In this document: positions 50,421-60,700 of the stretch, in pieces
Layout of the letters: each line of letters starts with the position of its first letter
Numbering within the stretch: the stretch's first letter is position 1
Assembly (NCBI GenBank): GCA_965197475.1
Contig: CBDANF010000003.1
Coordinates: 288,001 to 352,000, forward strand
DNA length: 64,000 nt
Direction: 5' to 3'
DNA from: Candidatus Poribacteria bacterium
GTDB taxonomy: Bacteria; Poribacteria; WGA-4E; WGA-3G
The notes under the pieces: model-generated
What the model saw: the letters and a program-made list of their open reading frames with translations, nothing else
Databases searched by the model: none
Told to the model about the DNA's origin: nothing
Translations under genes and position numbers: made by a program

Positions 50421-51017
50421 ATGAAAAATCGAATAATTCGGGTAGTCATAGTCCTTTTCATGCTTGTTATCGTGGGCATCGTCTATCTCAGTGCTCAGAA
50501 GACAGATACGCCATCGTTGATAGACATTACTGAACAAGAACGCAACCATGAATTACGAAGTGTGAAAAAGTTTGCATGGTTTAAACATTGGGACCAACTT
50601 GACCTTGCCATTGTCAAAAGATATTATCAACGATACACCGTCGCTGAGATGCGGATAATATGGGATGAAAAAATGCATGCCAAGTCCGGTAACTTTGAAG
50701 GGAGAGAACATGCAGATGCTGTCTATCCTTGGGATACCTATCTTACGCGCCTGCTTGAATTGGGGTACCCTTTTGTTGACTTCTCAGACTATGAGAACGC
50801 CTTATATACGCGGATGTGTATACTAATTCCGACACGAACCTACTGGCATACCATCAATATATCTGCAAAAGGTGAGTATCTCAAGGTCCGCGGGTTGTCC
50901 GCTGATACAACCTGGACAACGTATGAGGAGTCATTGATAAAAAAGATCGTTGTCTGTCGTATCAATTGGTGGCGTTCAGGCGGTATAGATCCTTTTTCAG
51001 AGTGGGAATCACAGTAA
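50421..51017 (+). CDS. Membrane-anchored hypothetical protein, short paralog of 49028..50383
   Basis: Shared 'W..LDLA.+KR.YQ.YTVAEM...W' and 'LELG..F.DF.DYE..L..R'. Confidence 0.8.
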   Translation: MKNRIIRVVIVLFMLVIVGIVYLSAQKTDTPSLIDITEQERNHELRSVKKFAWFKHWDQLDLAIVKRYYQRYTVAEMRIIWDEKMHAKSGNFEGREHADAVYPWDTYLTRLLELGYPFVDFSDYENALYTRMCILIPTRTYWHTINISAKGEYLKVRGLSADTTWTTYEESLIKKIVVCRINWWRSGGIDPFSEWESQ

Positions 51018-51028
51018 TGTTTGTTCTC

Positions 51029-51150
51029 AGTCGGGAATAGGAATTCCCTCCTACGGTAGGAGCGACCGTACTCCCTCCTACGGTAGGAACGATCTCTTGA
51101 TCGCGACCTTACTCCCTCCTGCTGTAGGAGCGATCTCCTGATCGCAACCG
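51029..51150. repeat. Cluster of REP-like units
   Basis: tccctcctacggtaggagcga-type unit three times plus gcgatc..gatcgc hairpins. Confidence 0.75.
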
Positions 51151-51220
51151 GACTCACAAATTTGGGACACAGCACTCTTTACTTGTGGAGGCGGTTACAA
51201 CGAAAATAAAGTCAGTAAAA

Positions 51221-51973
51221 ATGAAACATTCGTTAGCATTTATCGTTATCCTTGCAATCAGTTTCGGAATAACTCTGTTTCTTGTCCTTGGTCGTGGACG
51301 CGGTTCTGATGCACTAAACACATCTAAGACTTCTACACATCAAACAGGGGTTATTATAAACAACACTGTAACGCAGGAACGCAACCTCCCAAAACAGAGT
51401 CCCATCCAGAAGGGTGACGATAAGGTTCTTGTTTCTAACAATGAAGAAGACTTCTACCGCACCATTATTGAAAATAACATATTTCGACCACTTAACTGGA
51501 AACCGACACGACAAGACCCGGCGTATATATTGATCGGCACTCTCGTACCTTCAGATGATAGTACTGCTACCGCATACATTAGTGAACGGAAGACAGATCA
51601 GTTTTACACCGTAAAGGTTGGTGAAAAAATAGGTAATGCTACTGTTACAGCGATTCTCCCAAAGCATGTCACGTTGGACAAAGAAGGCAAGGCGTTAAAC
51701 CTCTATATGGCATCTGCCTCACTTCTAAGCCGAACCCGTAGTGGCAGAAGTTCATCCTACCGCCCATCACCTCAGCCACAAGTCACATCCCAGAATCGCA
51801 ATTCGCAAACACGCAGCACAACGGACAAAGAACGCCAAGCGTGGCGAGATACACAAAAAGAACGGATAGCAGAATTGAAAGAGATGGCAGAAAAGCTCCG
51901 CGCCGTTTCAGAGGAAGAACGCAGCCGAATGCAGGAACATCTTGAACAACGTGCAAGCAGAAACTCCCAATAA
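51221..51973 (+). CDS. GspC/PilP-like (T2SS HR-domain) membrane protein
   Basis: TM, then 'IIENNIFRPL...LIGTLV...AYI...VKVGEKIGNATVTAI....VTL..EGK'. Confidence 0.7.
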   Translation: MKHSLAFIVILAISFGITLFLVLGRGRGSDALNTSKTSTHQTGVIINNTVTQERNLPKQSPIQKGDDKVLVSNNEEDFYRTIIENNIFRPLNWKPTRQDPAYILIGTLVPSDDSTATAYISERKTDQFYTVKVGEKIGNATVTAILPKHVTLDKEGKALNLYMASASLLSRTRSGRSSSYRPSPQPQVTSQNRNSQTRSTTDKERQAWRDTQKERIAELKEMAEKLRAVSEEERSRMQEHLEQRASRNSQ

Positions 51974-51995
51974 GACTAACGTGAAAACTTATCAA

Positions 51996-54455
51996 ATGAA
52001 CCACTCCTTACTGCCCCGTATCGGTGCATCACTCATACTCCTCACGCTTTTATTTTTATCGTTTTGGATTCGGGTACAAGGTGTAGAACGTATTCCGGAT
52101 GGGCAGTTTAGTGCTAACGATGCCTACCTTTATTATTGGAATGCACAAAGAATTGCTGAACTCGGATATCTCCCTGCTATTGACGAACACCGATGGCTGC
52201 CTCAAGGTAGAGACGTAAGCCAAACGCTTGCCTTTTACTCCTACGTGCTCGCTTACACGCATAGAGTAACAAAGTTATTCTTTTACAAGGTCTCCCTCTA
52301 CCACATCCAACTTTATGCCCCCGCTGTTTGTTTCACACTTGCCCTTGGAATTTTAGCACTTTTTCTTACCCGCACAGTCGGATTTCTATTTGCTTTCATT
52401 GTCACCGTGCTGCTGGCAACGTTGCCGGGCTGTGTGGATAGAAGTGCCGCGGGCTTTAGTGATAGAGACGCGTGGTGTTGGTTGTTAGGCACTCTCGCTG
52501 TCGTTTCCTACCTATGGAAAGAGCAGATACCTTTAAATCCCCCTGACAAAGGGGGTTGCGTCCCTGTCAAAGAAGGAAAAGGGCTAAAAAATTGGCGTAG
52601 GTACACTGCTACCGGACTCTGCGGGTTTATTGTTTTTTTAGGTGGACTCTCTTGGGAAGGGTTCGGTGTATTTCTTTTAGTTATCCTCTTTATAGAACTT
52701 TGGAAGTTCTGCACCTCCGACACAGAAGAGCATCTGCTTGAGTATGCAATATGGGTGGCAATGTTCGTGCCGTGGCTTTATCTCACTTCACCTGCATATC
52801 GGGGCGGTCAGGTTTTCACTACACATCTCACTGCCCTTGTGTTGGTGCCACCGCTTGTCGTCCTTGGACTTCAAGGGGTAAGATATATCCTGCTTCATTT
52901 CTTTAAACCGCTCCAAATCCATGCCAGAAAAATAGCAGGACTCCTAACACTTCTTGCGATTGTGGGCGCGGGATTCTACGTTTTTTCCCAAGTTGGGACC
53001 TTTGCGAGTACCACGGTCCCGTTTAGTGAAAACCGATTGATGCAGCAGACAACCGAATTAGAAAACCCAAGTTTTATGTATTGGGTGTCTCGATATGGGG
53101 GTGTGTTTGTGTTGGGCAGCATTGGCTTAGTAGGCACATGCTTTCATTTGTGGAAATGGGAAGGGGTTCCTTTGGCAGTCTCCCTTTCCTTATTTGCACT
53201 CACAACCTTCTTGCGAGGTCCTCTCATCGGTTTCATAAGTGCCTCTCTATGTGATGCGTTGTTTCTCGCTGCGTTAGGACTTGCTATCATCGGCATCGGA
53301 TTCGCATGTTTCCGAAAAGAAGTAGGACAAAATGAACGTGCCTTCATCGCAACTGTAGCGTGGTTCATCTTATGGGTAGGTTTGTCGAAAAGTGCAGTAC
53401 GTTATGACTTCTTTATCGGAATCCCACTGGCAATTGGAACAGCATCTATTTTGGCACGTTCACCTACGTCTGGCAAACCCGTTCACATTAGTGGTAGAGA
53501 CATTCACCCTAAATTAGTAACCGCGGCGTTTGCAGTCGGCATGTTGGTACTTCTTCTATTTTGGGCACCTGTTGGTGGCTATGCCAATAGAGCAATCCGA
53601 GTTGCCAGTGAACGTCCACCGGTACCTGGACACAGCAGTTTGCTTCAGGCATACACTTGGATGAAAACCGAACTCCGCGCAGATACAACGGTGATGGCTG
53701 CAAACTGGGGGTACGGCAGCCAACTTAACGTCCTTGGCAGTGTAAAAACTATTGTTGACCAAGACCATTTTATACAGCACTGGATACATCTCTACTACCG
53801 ACACGTTTATTGTGCCCAATCTGAACAAGAAGCTTTAGAATTCCTCAAAACACACCACGCAACACATCTGATGATCACAGCTTCTGATCTAACCATCAAC
53901 GCAGGTGGGATGTCATACGTCGGCAGCGATGCTGATTTAGACAGACACTTCGACTTTTACGCACTTGATGCAATGCCCACCGCACCCGGAACACAATACA
54001 CTCTTGCACCGAAAATATATCAAAGACCTCCGCGTTTCATGCCACAAACCACATTAGATACCATTGACATCCGCGGCACCGAAATTGAAAACTTATCCGT
54101 AACCGCACGGTTCAAAACAGGCGATATATCACACATCCCTTATGTCGCTTATGTCGGCAACCAGCGGATCACACCAAAAGAAAAAACGGATACAGAAAAC
54201 GGCAGTCTTGTTATACTCTTCGACGTACAAAAGAAACTTCTATACAGTTTTTACCTTCCAGCCATCGGATGGAACAGTCTTGCAGTCAAATTGTTCATAC
54301 GTGGCGAACACACGGAGGCATTTGTAAACGTTCACACTATTACCCCAAAAGGTATAGATATTCCTCCGGAAGTCAAAATATGGAAAATCAACTATCCACC
54401 TGACATCAAAAAGAACCAGAAATATCTTGAAACAGAACCACCCGAAGGTTATTGA
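51996..54455 (+). CDS. Second STT3/AglB-family oligosaccharyltransferase-like protein (degenerate WWDYG)
   Basis: Paralog of 34883..37807; 'ANDAYLYY', 'AAGFSDRDA', 'QTTE', 'AANWGYG', 'FLKTHHATHL', 'KIWKINYP'. Confidence 0.85.
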   Translation: MNHSLLPRIGASLILLTLLFLSFWIRVQGVERIPDGQFSANDAYLYYWNAQRIAELGYLPAIDEHRWLPQGRDVSQTLAFYSYVLAYTHRVTKLFFYKVSLYHIQLYAPAVCFTLALGILALFLTRTVGFLFAFIVTVLLATLPGCVDRSAAGFSDRDAWCWLLGTLAVVSYLWKEQIPLNPPDKGGCVPVKEGKGLKNWRRYTATGLCGFIVFLGGLSWEGFGVFLLVILFIELWKFCTSDTEEHLLEYAIWVAMFVPWLYLTSPAYRGGQVFTTHLTALVLVPPLVVLGLQGVRYILLHFFKPLQIHARKIAGLLTLLAIVGAGFYVFSQVGTFASTTVPFSENRLMQQTTELENPSFMYWVSRYGGVFVLGSIGLVGTCFHLWKWEGVPLAVSLSLFALTTFLRGPLIGFISASLCDALFLAALGLAIIGIGFACFRKEVGQNERAFIATVAWFILWVGLSKSAVRYDFFIGIPLAIGTASILARSPTSGKPVHISGRDIHPKLVTAAFAVGMLVLLLFWAPVGGYANRAIRVASERPPVPGHSSLLQAYTWMKTELRADTTVMAANWGYGSQLNVLGSVKTIVDQDHFIQHWIHLYYRHVYCAQSEQEALEFLKTHHATHLMITASDLTINAGGMSYVGSDADLDRHFDFYALDAMPTAPGTQYTLAPKIYQRPPRFMPQTTLDTIDIRGTEIENLSVTARFKTGDISHIPYVAYVGNQRITPKEKTDTENGSLVILFDVQKKLLYSFYLPAIGWNSLAVKLFIRGEHTEAFVNVHTITPKGIDIPPEVKIWKINYPPDIKKNQKYLETEPPEGY

Positions 54456-54549
54456 GTATCTCATTATACCACACGGATGCTCCTTTGACACACAATCTTA
54501 TTTCTTATGTCGGACTCACGATATTGTGAATACATATCGCAAACATATT

Positions 54550-55278
54550 TTACGAATCGCTACAAATCGCATCAGCGCGTAGTATTTCATAATACGGCAA
54601 ACACTCCGATAAAATACTTTCCAACGTTTTAGGAAAAGGTTCACGTTTCGGTTGATATGGCGCAAAACCTTCGCTCCGATGTACATTATGATACCAATGC
54701 AGTGCCCAAACACCATCCGAGGGATGTCCACCGAGCGGCCATGACAACATTGATTCCTCAAACGGAAGTCCTAACCGAGAACAGAGTATTGATAATACGT
54801 TTTTTGGTGCAAGCAACAATTCCCGCGCACCCAAGATAGGGGGCGATTGTCCCATCTCTCGTAATTCCATCAACAATTCAGCTTGTATCTTTAAGCCTGT
54901 GTCGTTCAAAGTCGGAATCCCAATGACTTTCGTTAAAGAGGGAAGCATCTCCTTCGGATCGCGGATCAACAAGATATTGACTGTTTTCTGCATAAATGAT
55001 CTGTCAATATCAACGAGGTGGTGTGCCATCTGCTTCATAAAGAGGACAGGTTTCGCACAGGGACCGAGGATTACGTCACGGATGACCGCAGCACCGTCAG
55101 CCTGCATAGATGCCATAACATCTTTTCGACCAGGATGTACTGCACCTGTGACGTGAAGGTAGTGCGCATACAGCGGTTCATCAACGATTACGGTATCGTT
55201 CCGTTGCCCGAAAGCATACATTAATGCTGTTGAAATATTCCGTGGTCCTGACCAGAGACAGATTCGTTGGAGTTGCAT
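54550..55278 (-). CDS. Sulfotransferase-like protein (family also found N-terminal of BCAT-like proteins)
   Basis: 'WSGPRNISTALMYAF', 'DEPLYAHYL', 'KQMAHH', 'LLIRDP', 'DGVWA.HWY'. Confidence 0.85.
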   Translation of the reverse strand: MQLQRICLWSGPRNISTALMYAFGQRNDTVIVDEPLYAHYLHVTGAVHPGRKDVMASMQADGAAVIRDVILGPCAKPVLFMKQMAHHLVDIDRSFMQKTVNILLIRDPKEMLPSLTKVIGIPTLNDTGLKIQAELLMELREMGQSPPILGARELLLAPKNVLSILCSRLGLPFEESMLSWPLGGHPSDGVWALHWYHNVHRSEGFAPYQPKREPFPKTLESILSECLPYYEILRADAICSDS

Positions 55279-55331
55279 CTAAATTCCTCACTTGTATAAT
55301 ATATCGTTTTACATTTAGATGTCAAGTGTTT

Positions 55332-55500
55332 GAGGGGTGTGTAAAGTTTTTGGCATTAACCATTCCCTTTCTCTTGTAGGAGGGTTTTCAACCCTGATTT
55401 CCAATATATCAAGCGCGCATTTGCCATTGATTTGACACCAAGTTTCCCAAAATCCGCATAATCCGCGATTCAGAAATTGACAAAAACTTTACACACCCTC
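55332..55500. mobile_element. MITE-like element with ~22-bp terminal IRs
   Basis: gaggggtgtgtaaagtttttggca ... tgacaaaaactttacacaccctc; internal gtaggagggttttcaaccct hairpin. Confidence 0.6.
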
Positions 55501-55831
55501 GCTTTCCTTTATTGTTGCGCGGGTCTGGAATTTCTGCTAACATCTCAAGTAAGTGGCAAAAGGATTTTCTTGTCATACTTCACCTCAAAATAGTTTGGTT
55601 TTTAAGGTGAAGTATAGCAGAAGGCGCATGAAAAGTCACGCGCCTTCTGTCGAAAACTGCCAGTTTACATGCTTTGTCTCCGCATGCGATGTGCTGCCTA
55701 TGTTGTCGCCTCATAAAAATAACGTTCTCATTTTATCATCCTTAGCACTAATAGGACAAGAAGAAAATAACCTACACTAATCACAACATGGCAGCGCACA
55801 GGAACCTTGCCCTACGAATTTAGTGTTGCTA

Positions 55832-56250
55832 TTAAAAAGAGACACCCAACTTAACACTACGTTCAGGATGGTTGTCCATTTCAATGTAAGCCTCAACCGA
55901 ATCTTCAAATGGAATAATTGGGTCAACGATGTCTTCACAGTCAAATCTACCTTCTGCAAGCCATTTCCAGCAGGTGTCTACGATACGTCTAAAATTCCAA
56001 CGCGGATGGTCGCTGTTTGGATCGCTGTTTGCACGTGCAAAGATGAGGTTCGGAATGTTGAAATGTGCTATAGCACCCAGGTCCAGTCCGCCTTTGCATT
56101 CCTTTGCCCAACCTGCAACAACAACCGTGCCTTCAAATGCCACACTCCGAATTGCATCGTCAAGTGCGTTGTAATTCGCGCTCTTTTCAATTGCAACATC
56201 AAGTTCGAGTCCACCTGTGGCTTCCTTAAGCACTTCACCGACATTACATG
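55832..56250 (-). pseudogene. 3' fragment duplicate of the zinc-type dehydrogenase gene
   Basis: Nearly identical protein to the C-terminal ~135 aa of 60949..61920; homology stops abruptly at 56250. Confidence 0.9.
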
Positions 56251-56460
56251 AAAAACGCTTTCTTGCGGTTTTTCAGGGGTAACCGTTTTTTGACTCTGTT
56301 CAAGGACACTCAAGCCGCACCCCGTGTTAATAACGATGGTTAGCGTTACAATAACAAAAGCAAAACTCAATTTAGCAAAACTCTTCGCACTGTTTTTTCT
56401 CCTTGTAATGATTCTCAATGATATTATGCCCACTCTACTGTTCACACAATTGGATCCGTT

Positions 56461-56592
56461 TTATAGTAAACCCATATTATTTATATGCTGCGGTAGATGC
56501 GGTTTCCTAACCGCATCTACCGAGTCTGGTAAATGGTGCGGTTAAGAAACCGCACCAGGGGTGTGTCCACATATTTTTAGATTTTACTATAA
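56461..56592. mobile_element. MITE/REPIN-like element
   Basis: ttatagtaaa...tttactataa ends; internal cggtagatgcggtt..aaccgcatctaccg and ggtgcggtt..aaccgcacc hairpins. Confidence 0.6.
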
Positions 56593-56828
56593 ACGGGCGA
56601 GGTTACAAACCTTACGAGTAAAACTATGGATTTTATTATTTGCTATTATCAGTATATGCACAATTTTTGTGCCAATGCCAATACGCTAAATATGTTGATG
56701 AGTCTGGTATTTCAACGTTTGAATTGCCCGAAAAGGTGCAATAGGGAGATGACTGCACGATTTTGTGCAGAAGCAGATGGTAAAATTCAAGGGATTATGG
56801 GACAGCAGGGGTTGTGTCCCATAAAAGT

Positions 56829-57773
56829 TTATCGGATGGCAATTGGATTACCGGGTGAGCCACTTGCACCTTTAAGACGCAGCGGCGCAAAACTGAAGGC
56901 GAATTCATAAACCTTGTCCGCCGCTAATTCCTCTGTGATAATGTTCTCAAGGTTATAAATGCCGTGTTTGACAATAAACAGTTGATGCACCGGAAACGCA
57001 AGGGATTCATCCGGATTCGGGACCACCTCAATTCCCCAATTATCACAACACGCCATCACAATTTTCTGATCAACGAGGTATTGTCCCGCTTCCAATCCGA
57101 TGCCGGGTTCTGTCTTGCTGTAGCGATCATTATCTGTCATCCAGAATTTTCCCCAACCAGTGTGGATAACCACAACATCACCTGGTGTGATCTCAACGTT
57201 CTGCTTTTTCAGCGCGCCCTCTAAATCAGCACGTGTAATTTCATAACTATCATCAAGGACTTCAACGTCTTTATAACTAGCAACATCAATCAGCACGCCG
57301 CGGGTGACGATTTGTCCGATCTCACCGCTGAAGATCTCCTCAAACCATGTCGTTTTGTTTTCACCGAGTGGACCGGATATTTTTGGAATCCGCAAGCTAT
57401 AATGCCGTGTGCCGAAGACAGGCATACCGCTTTCGTAAACTCTGCCGAGTTGATAAACCTCGCCAGTTTTAATTAAGGTTGCCGCTTCTAACACTTTTTG
57501 CTGTGTTAATCGGTTTGCAGCACCACGACGGTCATCTGCACCCCATTCGGACGGAAACGATGACTCCGGTGGTTTCGGGTCATTTTCAAGTTTGACGATA
57601 GACTTCCACACCTTAGGTTTCAGTGGTCGTGGTGATTGCTCAGATTGAAACGCTTCAGCTTGCGGTAAACGTCCGGCGTTTATGAACTGATCGGTTAGCG
57701 TATATGTTACTATTAGGATAATCAATCCCAATATAACTATAAACAGCACGAGGTGTTTCGGTTTATTAAACAT
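56829..57773 (-). pseudogene. Cyclase (kynurenine formamidase-like) family protein with in-frame loss of the metal-binding motif
   Basis: 'WGADDRRGAAN', 'TRGVLID', 'PGDVVVIHTGW', 'GASGSPGNPIAI' are present, but EIGQI joins directly to VTRG with no GT(Q/H)xDxxxH segment. Confidence 0.7.
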
Positions 57774-57794
57774 TGTGTTGTCTCCTTATCAAAT

Positions 57795-60700
57795 TTAATT
57801 TTTGCCTAAAATGCCCGCCAAGATAGCGCGCTGTAACCGAGTCGTCTTTGTCTTTTTGGTAATACGAACACTTGGATCCCTTGTCGTTGGTGGATTTTCG
57901 GAAACCCCACTCAGCGTGATAGGTAAGGTGAGTGTTTCATCATTCACTTCGATTGTTACCTGTAGTACGTCACCAGATTTCCACGTTTTAGCACTTTCAC
58001 GGAGGTCAGCAAATGTTTCAATTTTCATACCGTCAACAGAAATTAAACGCCAAGTTTCATTTTCTATACTCGCTTTTAGCACATCATAAACATAATCGGT
58101 TGTCGGCAATTCTTCGCTGTATTCTATCTGTACATCTAAACCTGCATAGTTGAAATATTCCGCAAGCGGTAGACGTTCTTTTCCTGTAACATAGGTTTTG
58201 AAGAAAGTATCAAAATCTTTACCGGCTACCTTATTTACGGTCCTAATGATATCGTGCTGTGTATACTCTATAGAATTATCAGAAAACTTTTGATACATCT
58301 GCTGCATTACGTGATTAAAATTTTTCCTATTTTTTGTAAGGTGGCGTATTTGTAAGTCTAATGATGCTGCAACAAGACTTCCTCCAGCGTTCAGAAGTCG
58401 AGCATCAGTAGAACCATCAACTACTGCCAATTTCCGTGGCACGGACAAATATAATTCGCAAGCACGTTCTAACCTTTCCAGAAATTTACTTTCAGATAGA
58501 TAGCCGAGACGGGACGAAGTAATTTCCGAATAGTAATTCGTGACTCCTATGCTGAACCAGCGTTCCTTTGCTGTAAATGGATTGAGTGCGGTGAGACCGT
58601 TCCAGATACGGAACACTTCATGACCGAGAAAAGGTGCCCACTCATGTTTTGTTGCGTCATCTAAAGTCCAATCCATTAAAATCCTGACACTGCGACCAGT
58701 CTTGTACCCGTGTATCCGTTTTCCGACTTTCTTCTCATAAGGATTTACGAAAAACATAAGGCGACCTTCCGGCTCTCCGTTAAAGACCTTTGAATAAGCA
58801 CATAGGAACTGTTCAAATGTGTCTTGCATTGTATTTTGATATGACTTAGGCCTGCCGCCGATAGCAAGCACTACTTCAGTCTTACCAGATTTTACCCGAG
58901 CCTCAGCGTGCTGCCCAATAAGCAGTGCAGAATTTGTTAACTCCTCCTGATCAGTGACAGTGAACCTATTGCTAGTGTCTCCGATGGGTTGCCAAGGTGT
59001 TGACACACGCCACCAGCTTTCAGGCAGTTTGAACTCTACTTCAATTTCATTAATTTGTTTACCGACAATGAAAAGCTCCTCACTTGTCCACTGAGTGGTA
59101 CCCAATCTGCTAAAAGGCAATATTCCCGGGGTCGTAGGCGTTTCCCACTTTCTATTATCATATCCTAATGAGATTTTGTAGCTTAATGTCAATGGAAATT
59201 TAATATCCTCGTCATGCGTATGTCTAGGAAATCTAAATTCCCATATACCCGTAGTGGACCAACTGCCGCTCGGTTTTCTACCGCGAGCATCTACTAAGGT
59301 TACGTCACGAATATAAGCACCAGAACCTTTGAGATGCAACAAGATTTTCTCATGCACTGGTTCTACTGGGGTTAAACCACAAATAACCGTCATAGTTTCA
59401 GGTGCATCTGCATTTGCAGATATAACATACGAAGCCTTTTTTAAAGCAGTTATCTGTTCGGGTTCCCTAATTTTCTGTTCCTTTCCATGTTCAACAACCT
59501 GAAATATCTCAATAAACCCTTTGGGATTATTATTATTCCATTTGTACGTCCAAGTTGTGCCGAGGTCCAAAGGAAGATATTCCTCACTTTTACTTGGCAC
59601 ATGAAACTTAGCCAATTCAGATTCTGTGACAACACCATTTGAATGTTCGTAGCGCGTTTTGACAATCCCAACACCTTTGGCAAACCACAGATAGCGCGTG
59701 CCGTTAACAAACGCATTCTCCTCCTCTGAGCCAGTAGTTGCACCTGTGAGTACAGTTTTCTGCTTAAGGCACTCTCGAAAAGTTCCGGCAGCGATCTTAA
59801 CCTGTTCAAAACCCTCTATAGTGATTTCCTCCAACGAACGATGAGCTCCGGGTTGCGTCCAAATCTTTCCTATATTTAAAGGAAAGCGAAGTAAGTCTGT
59901 TTCATGATAGGCAGTAATATTATCTAACAACGTATGTTTCAGAATCGAGGCAGAATTTGCACCTGACAGTCCGCGATCAACAGAACGTGTTAATGCCAAA
60001 GCACTATCAGTTTTTGCTATATTGAAAACCGCTTCTCTTAAATCTTCACCTTTTTCTGTAGCAACCTTGACATTGAGTGTGCGCCATACTTGAGCAGAGA
60101 ATTTATTATCTTTGCCACTGAGTTGAACTTTTTCAATAAAAGTCTCGTCAAAATAGTTATTATGCCATTTGTAGGTCCACATCGTGCCAGAGGTCAAAGG
60201 TAGGTATTCATTACTATTACCAGAAACCTTACGATCAATCAATTCCGCTTCAGTAATAATACCGTTAGAATGTTCATAACGCATCTTTACAAGTCCGACA
60301 CCTTTGGCAAACCACAGATAACGGATGCCGTTAACCAGAGCGTTTTTCACTTCTGCAAACGCAGGAGTACCTGCCAAGCCAACGTTATGCTTAGTGTTTG
60401 TAAAGACAGTTTTATGCTTGAGACAATTCGGAAAGATGCCAGCGGTAACCTTGACTGTTTCCGAATTTTCTATGGTTACCCGTGCCCGTAAATTCCTATC
60501 TGATGATTCTGTATTTTCCCATTCCCAAGTGCTACCTACAGATAAAGGAAACTTGAAAAGGGTTGGTCGGATATTTCCTTTCTTATCATACCGGTTCATT
60601 GTTCTAAGATTATTAAACAGCATACTCATAGAATCCGGGGTAGTTCCTATCTGTTGCGAGAATCTTGAGAGGGACACAGTCATAAATATATCTGTTTTTT

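Noticed and set aside
51029-51150. Possible CRISPR mini-array
   Set aside because: Units are palindromic REP-like, with irregular and very short spacing; no cas genes.
51221-51973. Complete type II secretion system
   Set aside because: Only a GspC-like gene is present; no secretin, ATPase or pseudopilins in the window.
23161-54455. tRNA-integrated prophage or ICE
   Set aside because: No integrase, phage or conjugation genes, and I found no duplicated tRNA 3' end.
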